Shown here piece after piece: positions 9,771 to 21,076 of a DNA stretch of 21,163 nucleotides. The notes under the pieces were generated by a model. The model did not search any database. It was not told the origin of the DNA and was given only the letters and a program-made list of their open reading frames with translations. Source of the DNA: Lepidodermella squamata (lineage: Eukaryota; Animalia; Gastrotricha). A program made the position numbers and the translations under genes. The stretch spans positions 1 through 21,163 of the forward strand of contig JBLDXI010000127.1 in the NCBI GenBank assembly GCA_047495785.1, in the 5' to 3' direction. Position 1 is the first letter of the stretch. Each line of letters opens with the position of its first letter.

Positions 9771-12112
9771 ATGCAACGTGTTTTCATTTGTGTTATTGAT
9801 ATCCTGTTGATTCAGGTTTGGTTATCTTGCCAAATTCAAACGATCCATCATGATTTTTGTGCCCAGCTATCAGTGGGTGCTCGTTATCCATGCAATGGAT
9901 TCGTCTGTTCAAACCAGCGTTGTATAAAAGGAATTCAAAGGTTAGGCTTATCTTACGAATTCAGACTTTTTTCAAATCTTGAATTTATAATCAAGATGTG
10001 ACGGGGCTAATAACTGTGGTTGGCTGCAATTTAGGTGTATTTTGACCTATTTCTCCGATTTTTCACTAGGAGACGGAAGTGATGAACTCAGATGCAGCAT
10101 TCATGTGAGCATATAAATTCAAACTTAACACTCAGCTTACCTCCAATCTGGTTTAGGAATGTGGCGCCGATGAGTTTCCTTGCTTCAGAGGTACCAAATG
10201 TATCAACCGCAAATACGTGTAAGACAAGAATAATCTAGCATGGACTTTTATAATTGCTTGAAAAGGTGCGATTACTACCAGGATTGTCCAGATGGGAGCG
10301 ATGAAGTTGGTTGTTTCGAGCTGAGAGCAGTAGGCGCAGTAGGTTTAACGATCACTAGCAGGCTTTTCAATCCTGAAAATTCAGACAACTCGCAGAACAA
10401 CAACCGAACGACCAGTTTGCAAGGGCTTTTCATGCATGAATGGAGGTTGCATCAATGCTGCTTACGTCTGCGACAATGAAAACGATTGCGGCGACAGCAC
10501 TGATGAGATGAACTGCCGAACTTCGGCTTCCGAGACAACAACTTTGGCCCCCGTTAAAACCACGAGAACAAGAATAGTTAGCTTTCTATTTTTTGTAATT
10601 CGTAACATTTTCAACTACGCTTTCAGCAGACCACTACGTCTACAATGGCGCCATGCTCGATTTATGATTTCCAGTGCAAGAACTTCCGATGCATCTCTTC
10701 CTCGAAAAGGTTAACCGAAAAGATTTGTTTGCGATAAGTCATTCACGTCGTGGATTAGATGTGATTCCTATGATAACTGTGGAGACAACAGCGATGAGAC
10801 GGACTGCCCATCTATGCGTTGGACCACAAGAACAAGGCCAGTCACTTTAATTGCCTCAAATAAAGACACAGTTTGTTGAGCCATATGCACCACTGAATGT
10901 ATTGCATCCGTCTTTTTCCAGGCTTCAATCCCGTATTTATGCTCAATAGAACAATTCAAATGCGATAACTCGAAATGCGTACATCGGAATTTTAGGTCAG
11001 TTACAATTTTATGCTCAACTTCGTAATTATTTCATTAAATAAAGATGCGATGGTGATAACGATTGTGGAGACCATTCGGATGAGCAAAACTGTGGCCAGG
11101 TTCATTATCTTACAACAAGGAGTTTTGAGATTAAAAGAAATTCATAGATGGTCTGTGACGGCTTTCGCTGTACTTCAAATGGCCTCTGTATTCGCAAGTA
11201 AGTGTCCCCTTACTTAATTGGCCTTCCTAACGTATCATACTTATTAGATCTTGGGTTTGTGATGGTGACGGTTTGTTGTCTTGTAGATGCATAGGCCTGG
11301 CTCTATTTTGAGCTTATAAAAGGGGACTGCCCCGATTCCTCCGATGAGCGAAGTTGCAACCGAGTGTATGAATCGGATACAACTCGACGAACCACAACCA
11401 GCACCACACGAACGACTACTACGCAGACTAGCACTACCGAGCATACTACAACAACCAGACGAACTACAACTAGAAAACCCCCCACAACATCATCTGAAAG
11501 ACTTACTTCAACGATATCGTCGCAACCTAATGACCAATGCGGTACTACGGCGTTAAATCCAATCTATGGAGGGACCATTGCTAACCACGGCGACTTCCCT
11601 TGGGTAGTCAAAACTTACACCAAATTCTATGGCTCCGATTTGATGATTGGTTGCGGGGCGGCCCTCATTTCAGACCAATGGCTGCTGACAGCCGCCCATT
11701 GCATCACCGACAGAGTGAGGGACGCCCGGGTTGAATATGTCAGAGCTCTCATCGGCCGGCATGACCTCTCGCTTGGCGACGAAGGTGGGTATGACGTTCG
11801 AATCGAATCAGGTTTTCCGTCATCCAAGCTACGATGTCAAAAGATAACTGGAATCATGATTTTGCTCTGGTGAAGCTGAGCGCTCCTGTCATATTTCAGT
11901 CATTTATACAGCCCATCTGCCTGCCTGAAGCATCTACATGCCAGAGCACCATTTCGCCTACGGCTGACGTCTATCGATGGTTGTGAAAGAGTGATGGTTG
12001 CCGGATGGGGAAGGGACGGAGTTTGTAAGTTGAGCCTGAAATAAAAATCATCCGTTTGAACTCGCTATCTCATTTCGCAGCGAGTTACGACTCCGATGTG
12101 TTGCGAATGGCC
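9771..12112 (+). pseudogene. SP2 left-arm copy, frameshifted from ~11801 and truncated in its last exon (lacks the catalytic Ser)
   Basis: Matches the right-arm SP2 up to 11800, then shows six indels and breaks at 12112 after ...DVLRMA, before GDSGGP. May be an assembly artefact rather than a real pseudogene. Confidence 0.8.
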
Positions 12113-12573
12113 AAAATAACACCCAAACATCGCCGTTTTGCAGCATGCCGTTGCCTCGACAGAGCCAAAGTGTCGTTTTGTGAGATTCGATTTCTCGTTA
12201 TGAACACATACCTCTCGAGTGTAAGCGCGCATGTGAGAACAAATGATGTTGTTAATCCCCAAGTAGTAAGTGGCCATGAGATGTAATTCGAAATGAAGCG
12301 CAGCCATTCAACCTCTAAATCGCTTTGCCTGGCGATGATGAACAAGATTTGGCTGATATTATGCACGAGTTGCACAGCAGCCAATGCTGTTAAGTAAACG
12401 TAAGTAGGCGCTTTGAAGATCTTAGAATCTCGCATTATCGAAATGCTGAGTGAATTGTAAAAAAATGCGACAAAGACCAAGGGTGGGATGACATAATAAG
12501 ATATGGAGTCATAATACCCTCTTTGAACAATACAGTTGCTTGAATTGGATGTCTTGAAATCAACTATGGCCAT
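12085..12573 (-). pseudogene. GPCR2: paralogue of GPCR1, truncated in TM4 at the palindrome junction
   Basis: IMRDSKIFKAPTYVYLTALAAVQLV aligns with GPCR1 ILKDSRTFRSPTYVFLTFLAAIQIV, and TLERYVFIT with TVERYIFIT. After RCLGVILAI the frame runs into antisense SP2 sequence (RNTSES-stop). Confidence 0.88.
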
Positions 12574-12962
12574 TTTATTATATATTATTACAACTGCGCT
12601 TCTCTACTGGACGGTTTTTAGTAGATTTCTGTTTTGAATTGATGTGCGCAATCAAGATAGCTCGGTATATTTTTGGATCATCTTTGAACAGAAATCGATT
12701 AGTTTCTCGCCATTGTGTCTCTAATCCATGGAAGAACAGCGCAGACCCTGCTAAATACAGCGGGCGTTTCTAATCCACATCGCGCTGATCCCCAGGAAAC
12801 TACGCCTATTACTTTCGCTAGGCCTGAGGCGGTGCAAATCAACGGTCCTCCGCTATCACCGACACAAGTAGTAGGCCGTCCATCACCTACACAGATTTGA
12901 GCATCGGACAAAGTAATACCAAAGGCGTTGAGACAAGCTTCAGTGCTGTTTACTCTCATTTG
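12113..12962. other. Unique 850-bp spacer (loop) of the palindrome
   Basis: Arm identity stops at 12112/12963. The spacer carries most of the SP2 last exon and the GPCR2 5' part, both on the minus strand. Confidence 0.93.
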
Positions 12963-15299
12963 GGCCATTCGCAACACATCGGAGTCGTAACTCGCTGCGA
13001 AATGAAGATAGCGAGTTCAAACGGATGATTTTTATTTCAGGCTCAACTTACACTCCGTCCTTCCCCATCCGGCAACCATCACTCTTTCACAACCATCGAT
13101 AGACGTAGCCGTAGGCGAAATGGTGCTCTGGCATGTAGATGCTTCAGGCAGGCAGATGGGCTGTATAAATGACTGAAATATGACAGGAGCGCTCAGCTTC
13201 ACCAGAGCAAAATCATGATTCCAGTTATCTTTTACATCGTAGCTTGGATGACGGAAAACCTGATTCGATCGAACGTCATACCCACCTTCGTCGCCAAGCG
13301 AGAGGTCATGCCGGCCGATGAGAGCTCTGACATATTCAACCCGGGCGTCCCTCACTCTGTCGGTGATGCAATGGGCGGCTGTCAGCAGCCATTGGTCTGA
13401 AATGAGGGCCGCCCCGCAACCAATCATCAAATCGGAGCCATAGAATTTGGTGTAAGTTTTGACTACCCAAGGGAAGTCGCCGTGGTTAGCAATGGTCCCT
13501 CCATAGATTGGATTTAACGCCGTAGTACCGCATTGGTCATTAGGTTGCGACGATATCGTTGAAGTAAGTCTTTCAGATGATGTTGTGGGGGGTTTTCTAG
13601 TTGTAGTTCGTCTGGTTGTTGTAGTATGCTCGGTAGTGCTAGTCTGCGTAGTAGTCGTTCGTGTGGTGCTGGTTGTGGTTCGTCGAGTTGTATCCGATTC
13701 ATACACTCGGTTGCAACTTCGCTCATCGGAGGAATCGGGGCAGTCCCCTTTTATAAGCTCAAAATAGAGCCAGGCCTATGCATCTACAAGACAACAAACC
13801 GTCACCATCACAAACCCAAGATCTAATAAGTATGATACGTTAGGAAGGCCAATTAAGTAAGGGGACACTTACTTGCGAATACAGAGGCCATTTGAAGTAC
13901 AGCGAAAGCCGTCACAGACCATCTATGAATTTCTTTTAATCTCAAAACTCCTTGTTGTAAGATAATGAACCTGGCCACAGTTTTGCTCATCCGAATGGTC
14001 TCCACAATCGTTATCACCATCGCATCTTTATTTAATGAAATAATTACGAAGTTGAGCATAAAATTGTAACTGACCTAAAATTCCGATGTACGCATTTCGA
14101 GTTATCGCATTTGAATTGTTCTATTGAGCATAAATACGGGATTGAAGCCTGGAAAAAGACGGATGCAATACATTCAGTGGTGCATATGGCTCAACAAACT
14201 GTGTCTTTATTTGAGGCAATTAAAGTGACTGGCCTTGTTCTTGTGGTCCAACGCATAGATGGGCAGTCCGTCTCATCGCTGTTGTCTCCACAGTTATCAT
14301 AGGAATCACATCTAATCCACGACGTGAATGACTTATCGCAAACAAATCTTTTCGGTTAACCTTTTCGAGGAAGAGATGCATCGGAAGTTCTTGCACTGGA
14401 AATCATAAATCGAGCATGGCGCCATTGTAGACGTAGTGGTCTGCTGAAAGCGTAGTTGAAAATGTTACGAATTACAAAAAATAGAAAGCTAACTATTCTT
14501 GTTCTCGTGGTTTTAACGGGGGCCAAAGTTGTTGTCTCGGAAGCCGAAGTTCGGCAGTTCATCTCATCAGTGCTGTCGCCGCAATCGTTTTCATTGTCGC
14601 AGACGTAAGCAGCATTGATGCAACCTCCATTCATGCATGAAAAGCCCTTGCAAACTGGTCGTTCGGTTGTTGTTCTGCGAGTTGTCTGAATTTTCAGGAT
14701 TGAAAAGCCTGCTAGTGATCGTTAAACCTACTGCGCCTACTGCTCTCAGCTCGAAACAACCAACTTCATCGCTCCCATCTGGACAATCCTGGTAGTAATC
14801 GCACCTTTTCAAGCAATTATAAAAGTCCATGCTAGATTATTCTTGTCTTACACGTATTTGCGGTTGATACATTTGGTACCTCTGAAGCAAGGAAACTCAT
14901 CGGCGCCACATTCCTAAACCAGATTGGAGGTAAGCTGAGTGTTAAGTTTGAATTTATATGCTCACATGAATGCTGCATCTGAGTTCATCACTTCCGTCTC
15001 CTAGTGAAAAATCGGAGAAATAGGTCAAAATACACCTAAATTGCAGCCAACCACAGTTATTAGCCCCGTCACATCTTGATTATAAATTCAAGATTTGAAA
15101 AAAGTCTGAATTCGTAAGATAAGCCTAACCTTTGAATTCCTTTTATACAACGCTGGTTTGAACAGACGAATCCATTGCATGGATAACGAGCACCCACTGA
15201 TAGCTGGGCACAAAAATCATGATGGATCGTTTGAATTTGGCAAGATAACCAAACCTGAATCAACAGGATATCAATAACACAAATGAAAACACGTTGCAT
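12699..15299 (-). CDS. SP2 intact copy: secreted modular S1A serine protease (signal, 6 LDLa, Thr-rich mucin-like linker, protease), ~627 aa, 15 exons
   Basis: The 13 upstream exons mirror 9771-11270, followed by 13747-13052 and 12994-12699; total 1884 nt in frame. Motifs: IYGG, TAAHC, DFALVKL, GDSGGP. Confidence 0.9.
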
Positions 15300-15560
15300 T
15301 GCCAGGAATAAAACAATAACCACTATTCAGGGCAATTTACCATGTATGACATTACAACTACTACTTTATTCGCCGTAGTGAAAAATACGTGTTGAAGATT
15401 TTTCATCCACATAAAAAGATTTTTTTTCTTGGAAGTTGAACACGAAATTGGAATATCCATGTTCTTCTAAAACTTGTCATATCAAGCTGTACAGCAGTTT
15501 CCGCAAAATAGATTAAAGGACCGGAACTTTAATTTATTCTTGAAAACAATTTAAGAAACA

Positions 15561-18113
15561 TTATTTCGTGGCCATGGTTTGTTTAATCCAGGATAAGACG
15601 CTGCAGACGCGGGCGAAAACCGAAGGAGCACCGCCTAGACCGCAACGGGACGCTCCCCATGAAACAACGCCGATAACTCTGGTTCTGCCCTCGGATTTGC
15701 AGAGTAACGGTCCTCCGCTGTCTCCAGTACAAGTCGATGGGCTTCCATTGCCCACGCAAAGTTGAGCGTCTGATAACCCACCGGAGTAAGCCCTGTTGCA
15801 AGCTGTACGGCTATTGATGTTCAGTTCAGCCATTTTGAGTACGGGGGATGAGGTATTAGCTAAGATTTAAAATTCAAAAATTGGATGAAACTTGAAGAGG
15901 TAGAGACTTACATTCCGTTCTACCCCAACCTGCAACTACAACATTCTCGCAGCCATCAATCGAGGTTGAGGTCGAAGATACGCTGCTTTGGCAGTTTGTT
16001 TCATCAGGCAGACAAACCGGGTGAATCGCTTCATTTAAATTAACGACTGAACTGAGTTTGATCAGCGCAAAGTCGTAGTTCCAGTTACGGCTCTGGTCGT
16101 AGTTTGGGTGTCGAAAAACCTGTGTTGACCTCTTCTCATCGCCGCCTTCATCGCGCGCTGAAAGGTCGTAGCGACCTAGAAGAGCTTTCACCCATTCAAT
16201 TCTGGCACCTCTTTCGTCATCCGTTATGCAGTGGGCGGCGGTTAGTAACCACTGGTTGGATATCAAGGCTGCTCCACATCCCGACAGCGAGCTTGCCCCG
16301 GAGAATTTCGTGTAGATTTTGACAACCCACGGGAATTCGCCCGGAGTTGCAAATGACCCACCGAAAATCGTGCGAGGAATATGGACAACACCACATTGGC
16401 TTGAATTCCAGGATGATGTCGGGGTTACCGTTGTTTGACCAGGCTGCCGAGTGGTTGGTCTCATTCTAGCCGCTGTTCGCGATCTAGTCGTAGTGGCTTG
16501 ACAGTTTGTCTCGTCCGACCCATCGGGGCAGTCCTCTTGAAAGATCCAAGTTAAAAAGGAACTTGTGAATACAAATTTAACAAACCCTCCCCGTCGCAAA
16601 CCCAAGGGCTAAGAGAACAGAAGAGTTTCAGAATGTAAAGAGAATGCACTTCAGAGATTAAACCTTTGTATGCATTTGCCACTGGACCGGCAACGAAATC
16701 CATTGCAAATTGGAGGCTGCATGGGGAAAATGAATTGGTCATCTACAGCGCGGTTGAAAATGTAACCTGACGGGCCTCGGCCGCGCAACCTATTTCGTCA
16801 GAGTTGTCTCCGCAATCGTTTTCTGAATCGCATCTAAGTAATTTTTTAAGAATTGCCGGGAAAAAATCAAAACTTTAATCCTCACCTGTATAGTATCGAT
16901 ACGCATTTCGAATTCGCGCATTGGAATTCAAAATTTGAGCATCGATTTGCTGCCCTTGAGGGTAGCTAAAATTACTCAAAAGTTATTCATATAATCATAA
17001 GTATAAGCGAATTAAATACCGTAGTTACTGCTCTCAAGGTCGTGCTTGCGATCGACGTAGTAAGGGTGCAGTTTTCCTCTTCGCTACTGTCGCCGCAATC
17101 GTCCTTCCGATCGCATACGTTCGTAGAATTTATGCACTTACCATTCGCGCAAGTGAAACCTCTGCAAATCGGCGCTCTCTTTGTTGTTGCTGCTGTTGTG
17201 GTTGTTACCTAGATAAGCAAATCATAATACCAATAGTCGAAGGTTTAATTGTCTTACAAAAACTCGTTCAAAACATCCAATTTCATCGCTAGCATCATCG
17301 CAGTCAGAATCGTAGTCACATCTATAAAGAAAAAGGTTATCTCGGTCTCAAAGGCTTATTTAAAAGACGAAACACATATTGCCGGTCGATGCATTGTTTG
17401 CTCACTAAACAAGGAAACTTGTCGGATCCACATTTCTAAGAAACAGACACGAATTAGTTGATACTTCAGTCAAGAAATTACTTGCGTTCAACTCAGCAGA
17501 TCCGCATTTAAATTCGTCACTGCCATCACCTGGGCGTGGAAATGATTGACGAAATGGAACTTTCAGGAATTTTCATACCACAGTCATCATCGCCGTCGCA
17601 TCTAATTATCGGAATGTCAGGGTATAATGCTTTTTTAAGTCGATTCTTGCTAACCTGAACGCGCCAGATATGCATTTTTTGTTGGCGCAAACAAACCCGG
17701 AACATGCTGAAAAAGCTTCAACTGGAGCCTTTAAAATTAAACACGGTAGCTGTGTATCATAGGAGCAGAGCAAAGTCTACCATTTCTTGGATAGATTCGG
17801 ATTTACATATCTCGAATGGCGGTAGCCAGATGTTATTCCGATAGCAAACAGCTCCTCGAGGTTGGTAATCCGTTGGACATTTTATCGTGACAATCGTCCC
17901 AGAAACAACTTTGTTACCTGCAGAGAGCTTTTCGCCCGAAATCGAGCTGAAAACTGCATTTTCTATCACCGGAATACGGCAAGTGTTTGCTGAGGCCGTT
18001 AATGCATAAATAATCTGCGAAGCAAAAGCTGAAGATTCATAGAACTCAGTAAACTCCCTGGCACACACCTGTTTTACAGCAATTACGAGTAGAAAGGAAT
18101 TGTCAAATTTCAT
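15561..18113 (-). CDS. SP1 right-arm copy (Sushi + 5 LDLa + serine protease)
   Basis: Mirror of 6957-9509. One noticed substitution, 17510 vs 7560, changes SDELKC to SDEFKC. Confidence 0.9.
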
Positions 18114-18522
18114 AGATAACAATCAACTTTCAGATACTGGAGAGAACGTTCTATTCAAGTGGTGATAATTTGAATTCAATTGTGTTCTCGCCAGGCGTGG
18201 TGAAAGTAGTAGCGTGGTCTTATAAAGATTAGTATTCATCAGTTTACTCAAGCGAGAATTATGCATCACAATGCTGCGTGGTAAAACCTGGACGTAGAAA
18301 ATAAAACAGGAAACGGCAGTCTATCTTCTTTGAAAGCGGATAATCTAGAGCACTGGAAAACTTCCTTTTCAAGACGGTCTGTAAATATTCGAAAAATTAA
18401 AAACCATAATTAGCATTCCCACCAAAACTGAGAAATATTAGACAAATTGAGCGTGTAATTCGTTACACCTAATTCAAACTACAATCCTCCGCAGGACATC
18501 TTTCACTTTATTTCATCCATGA

Positions 18523-19769
18523 TCAATTTTGAGTCCCACATGTTCTACTACTACTGTCTGTCTTAATATCGTCGAAAAAACTCGTGGATTCTTCACTCGA
18601 TTTAGTATTAGGCGAAACAACGTTGATGCTGCTTTCCAAGAGAACGCTGTCAAGTCTTTTCTGGAAGTGGCTGGCTGATAAATGGGATTCGAAGCTTGAC
18701 GTACTGGGTCTCCTCATCACTCCTCGGTTCTTCGTGAACTTTCGGAAGAGGGTCCGCCGAAACAGCCTGTTTCCAATAAAGTAGATGAAGAAATTGAGGC
18801 TGTACTCGATTGAGAGGAGAATCACAACACCGGATGTTGCATTTCGCATTAAGGACTCATCGACGACGAAAAACCTGTCCCATATGAGCATTCGGCTGAT
18901 AGGACTTATCATAGTCATCTATTAACATGAGCGAATTTGTAAATATGTTCAACAAATTTTTAGTTTCTTACCGGTATCTCTCCTAAAACAGTAGCACAAG
19001 TCGCAGGGATCAAAGTTAGAGTAAGGTAATGCTGGTGTCGATTAGCGCAATTTTTAGGCAATGGAATGCCCATTTTCCGATGAAAGGAGTCGCGGTGAAC
19101 AGCAGCGATGAGTAACGCGTTGAAAACAATCAAAACCAGCAATATTCCAACGTTGTAAATCATGAAGCGGATCAATGAATAGTAGAATAAATAGTCTTCC
19201 AAACCGATATAATCCTCGCTTTCGTTGCATCTTAACGAAGGCTGGAGGACGAACATTGCCATTCGCGGGAGATTTACCACAGTTACTAATGCCATTATGA
19301 CGTAGCAGTAGTAACGGGCTCTCTTTCTTTGCTCGAATAGCGCTACAATGTCGCTTTGCGAGGCTTTGTTCGTTGTAATGAAGATATAGCGTTCGACAGT
19401 GTACGCTACTGTAAAAATGACGGACTGGGTCCTGCCCCAACACGCCAGCGGCCATGCAAAGTATGCTGATATAGGCTGGGTCCATTCTGGGTAGTTGGCT
19501 AGGTGCCAATTTAGGATTGTGAAAGACAATTGACCGGTCAAGTTGACTATTTGAATTGCGGCAAGAAAGGTCAAAAATACGTAAGTTGGGGATCTGAAAG
19601 TCCGTGAATCTTTCAAGATGACGAAGTTCAGCGCATTCCCGATGATGCCGAGGGTACTCATAATCGGGACTCCATACAGAACCAGAAAAATTAGGAAAGG
19701 ACAGTCGGTTTTAGCCTCGTCCGGGCAGAAACTTGCCGTCTTACTGGATATATTCGTCAGAAAGCCCAT
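18523..19769 (-). CDS. GPCR1 right-arm copy; exons 19769-18972 and 18918-18523
   Basis: Translations identical to those of 5301-6547. Confidence 0.92.
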
Positions 19770-20657
19770 TAATTATAAAAAATTGAAAGAAAATCTATTA
19801 AAAAGACGACAATTTAATAGAAAAATTTGCTCTTTTTTTGGCAAGGTCATCGGCTAATTATTTCTAAAATTCCAGGGAAAATTGCTGATCAAGTGCTGCT
19901 CTGACGCATTTACAAAGTGGTTTTACGCAGTCTTCTTATCGTTATCGGATCAAAAAACTTGAGACTATAGGTTTTGTTCCTGTCAGAGGACAATGTTGTT
20001 AACTGCATGCATTCTCAAGAGGGAGAGGAAGAAAAATAAATCGATGGGCCGAGTCTAACTGCTAGTTCCGCAGGAAATAATTTCAAAGTGTGAAGGAACG
20101 CTGACGAATTTCGGTGATTTTATTGTGCAATGGCGTTTAAAAAACCGGTCAAAAGGCCGAATGTATATCGATCAATGTGAATCTTGAACTTCGGATGCAG
20201 CTTTCATCGCTCTATTTCCGCATACAGCAGTTCTATTTTGACCATCGGGCGTGGTAATCCGCATCCTGATTGATCGACTTACAAGTTTGATTAGTGTCAC
20301 ACACGATTCATGCGTCATGCATCAATAATCTTGACACGCATATACGCGCTGGCATAAGCAACGCGTACTTAAGGTCGCACCCGCTAATACTCGGTTATCT
20401 TCCGCCCCTTGAGACAACTTGTATTAAAATCAATTTGCGAAAATCCATCTCTCCCCCCGGATCATGGGCCGAAATTGCTTTTTGCTTTTCATGTGTTATC
20501 TGATCCCGCTGCTCAGAGACAAGTTTATCCCAGCTTGTATATCTAGGCTATCATGAATGATAAATGGGTGATAAGATTTAACTCATGAGCAATGGTAAAG
20601 AGAAACAAAGCGAAAAGAGCGATAACTTATTATTTACACTCACACTAAGTTTAAATC

Positions 20658-20995
20658 ATGCGTGTATTCTGGAATATTGTATGTCTCAGCATAATTTCAA
20701 TCACCTTCTGCTATGGCCATGCATTATTTGGTGATCCAACAAACTCCCATCGACATTGGTGAGCCAGATTTTTAAAGCTTATAATCAAGGAAAACCAATG
20801 CGTTTTTCCAGCCCTTGCTCAGACTGCTATCAAGTTGGTCGGGTGTGCAACTTTGACAAGCTAACGCGAAACTACACCTGCCGATTTGGACTGTGCCCAT
20901 GCTTTGTAACAGCGGGTGGAGTTAACATTCAAGCTCAGTTATCTTGCTATAAATTTTGCGTTCAAGATGGTACTGAAGATTCCTATCTATGTTGA
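20658..20995 (+). CDS. Secreted 10-Cys peptide, right-arm copy; exons 20658-20758 and 20812-20995
   Basis: Mirror of 4075-4412 with the same intron and translation. Confidence 0.8.
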
Positions 20996-21076
20996 ATAAT
21001 AATAATAAAACGTCCGCCTTAATTTTTAAAAAAATGGAGTTTTTCTTTTTCATGTGGTTTATTTCGAACTATCAAA

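Larger units (their letters stand above)
3910..12112. repeat. Left arm of giant inverted repeat (palindrome)
   Basis: Mirror ORFs have identical translations and a constant coordinate sum of 25070 (5301+19769, 8465+16605, 11364+13706). The sum is 25075 at the inner end and 25073 at the outer end. Confidence 0.98.

Noticed and set aside
11364-11520. ACN-rich repetitive tract as a tandem repeat or CRISPR-like array
   Set aside because: It is the low-complexity Thr-rich linker of SP2; there are no fixed repeat-spacer units.
11801-11873. Programmed frameshift or novel C-terminus in the left SP2 copy
   Set aside because: The intact right-arm copy shows the shift comes from a single-base insertion, one of several nearby.
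12056-12307. Junction-spanning ORFs as a new chimeric gene
   Set aside because: They are incidental read-throughs of the breakpoint. The left SP2 copy is already frameshifted upstream, and the junction itself may be artefactual.
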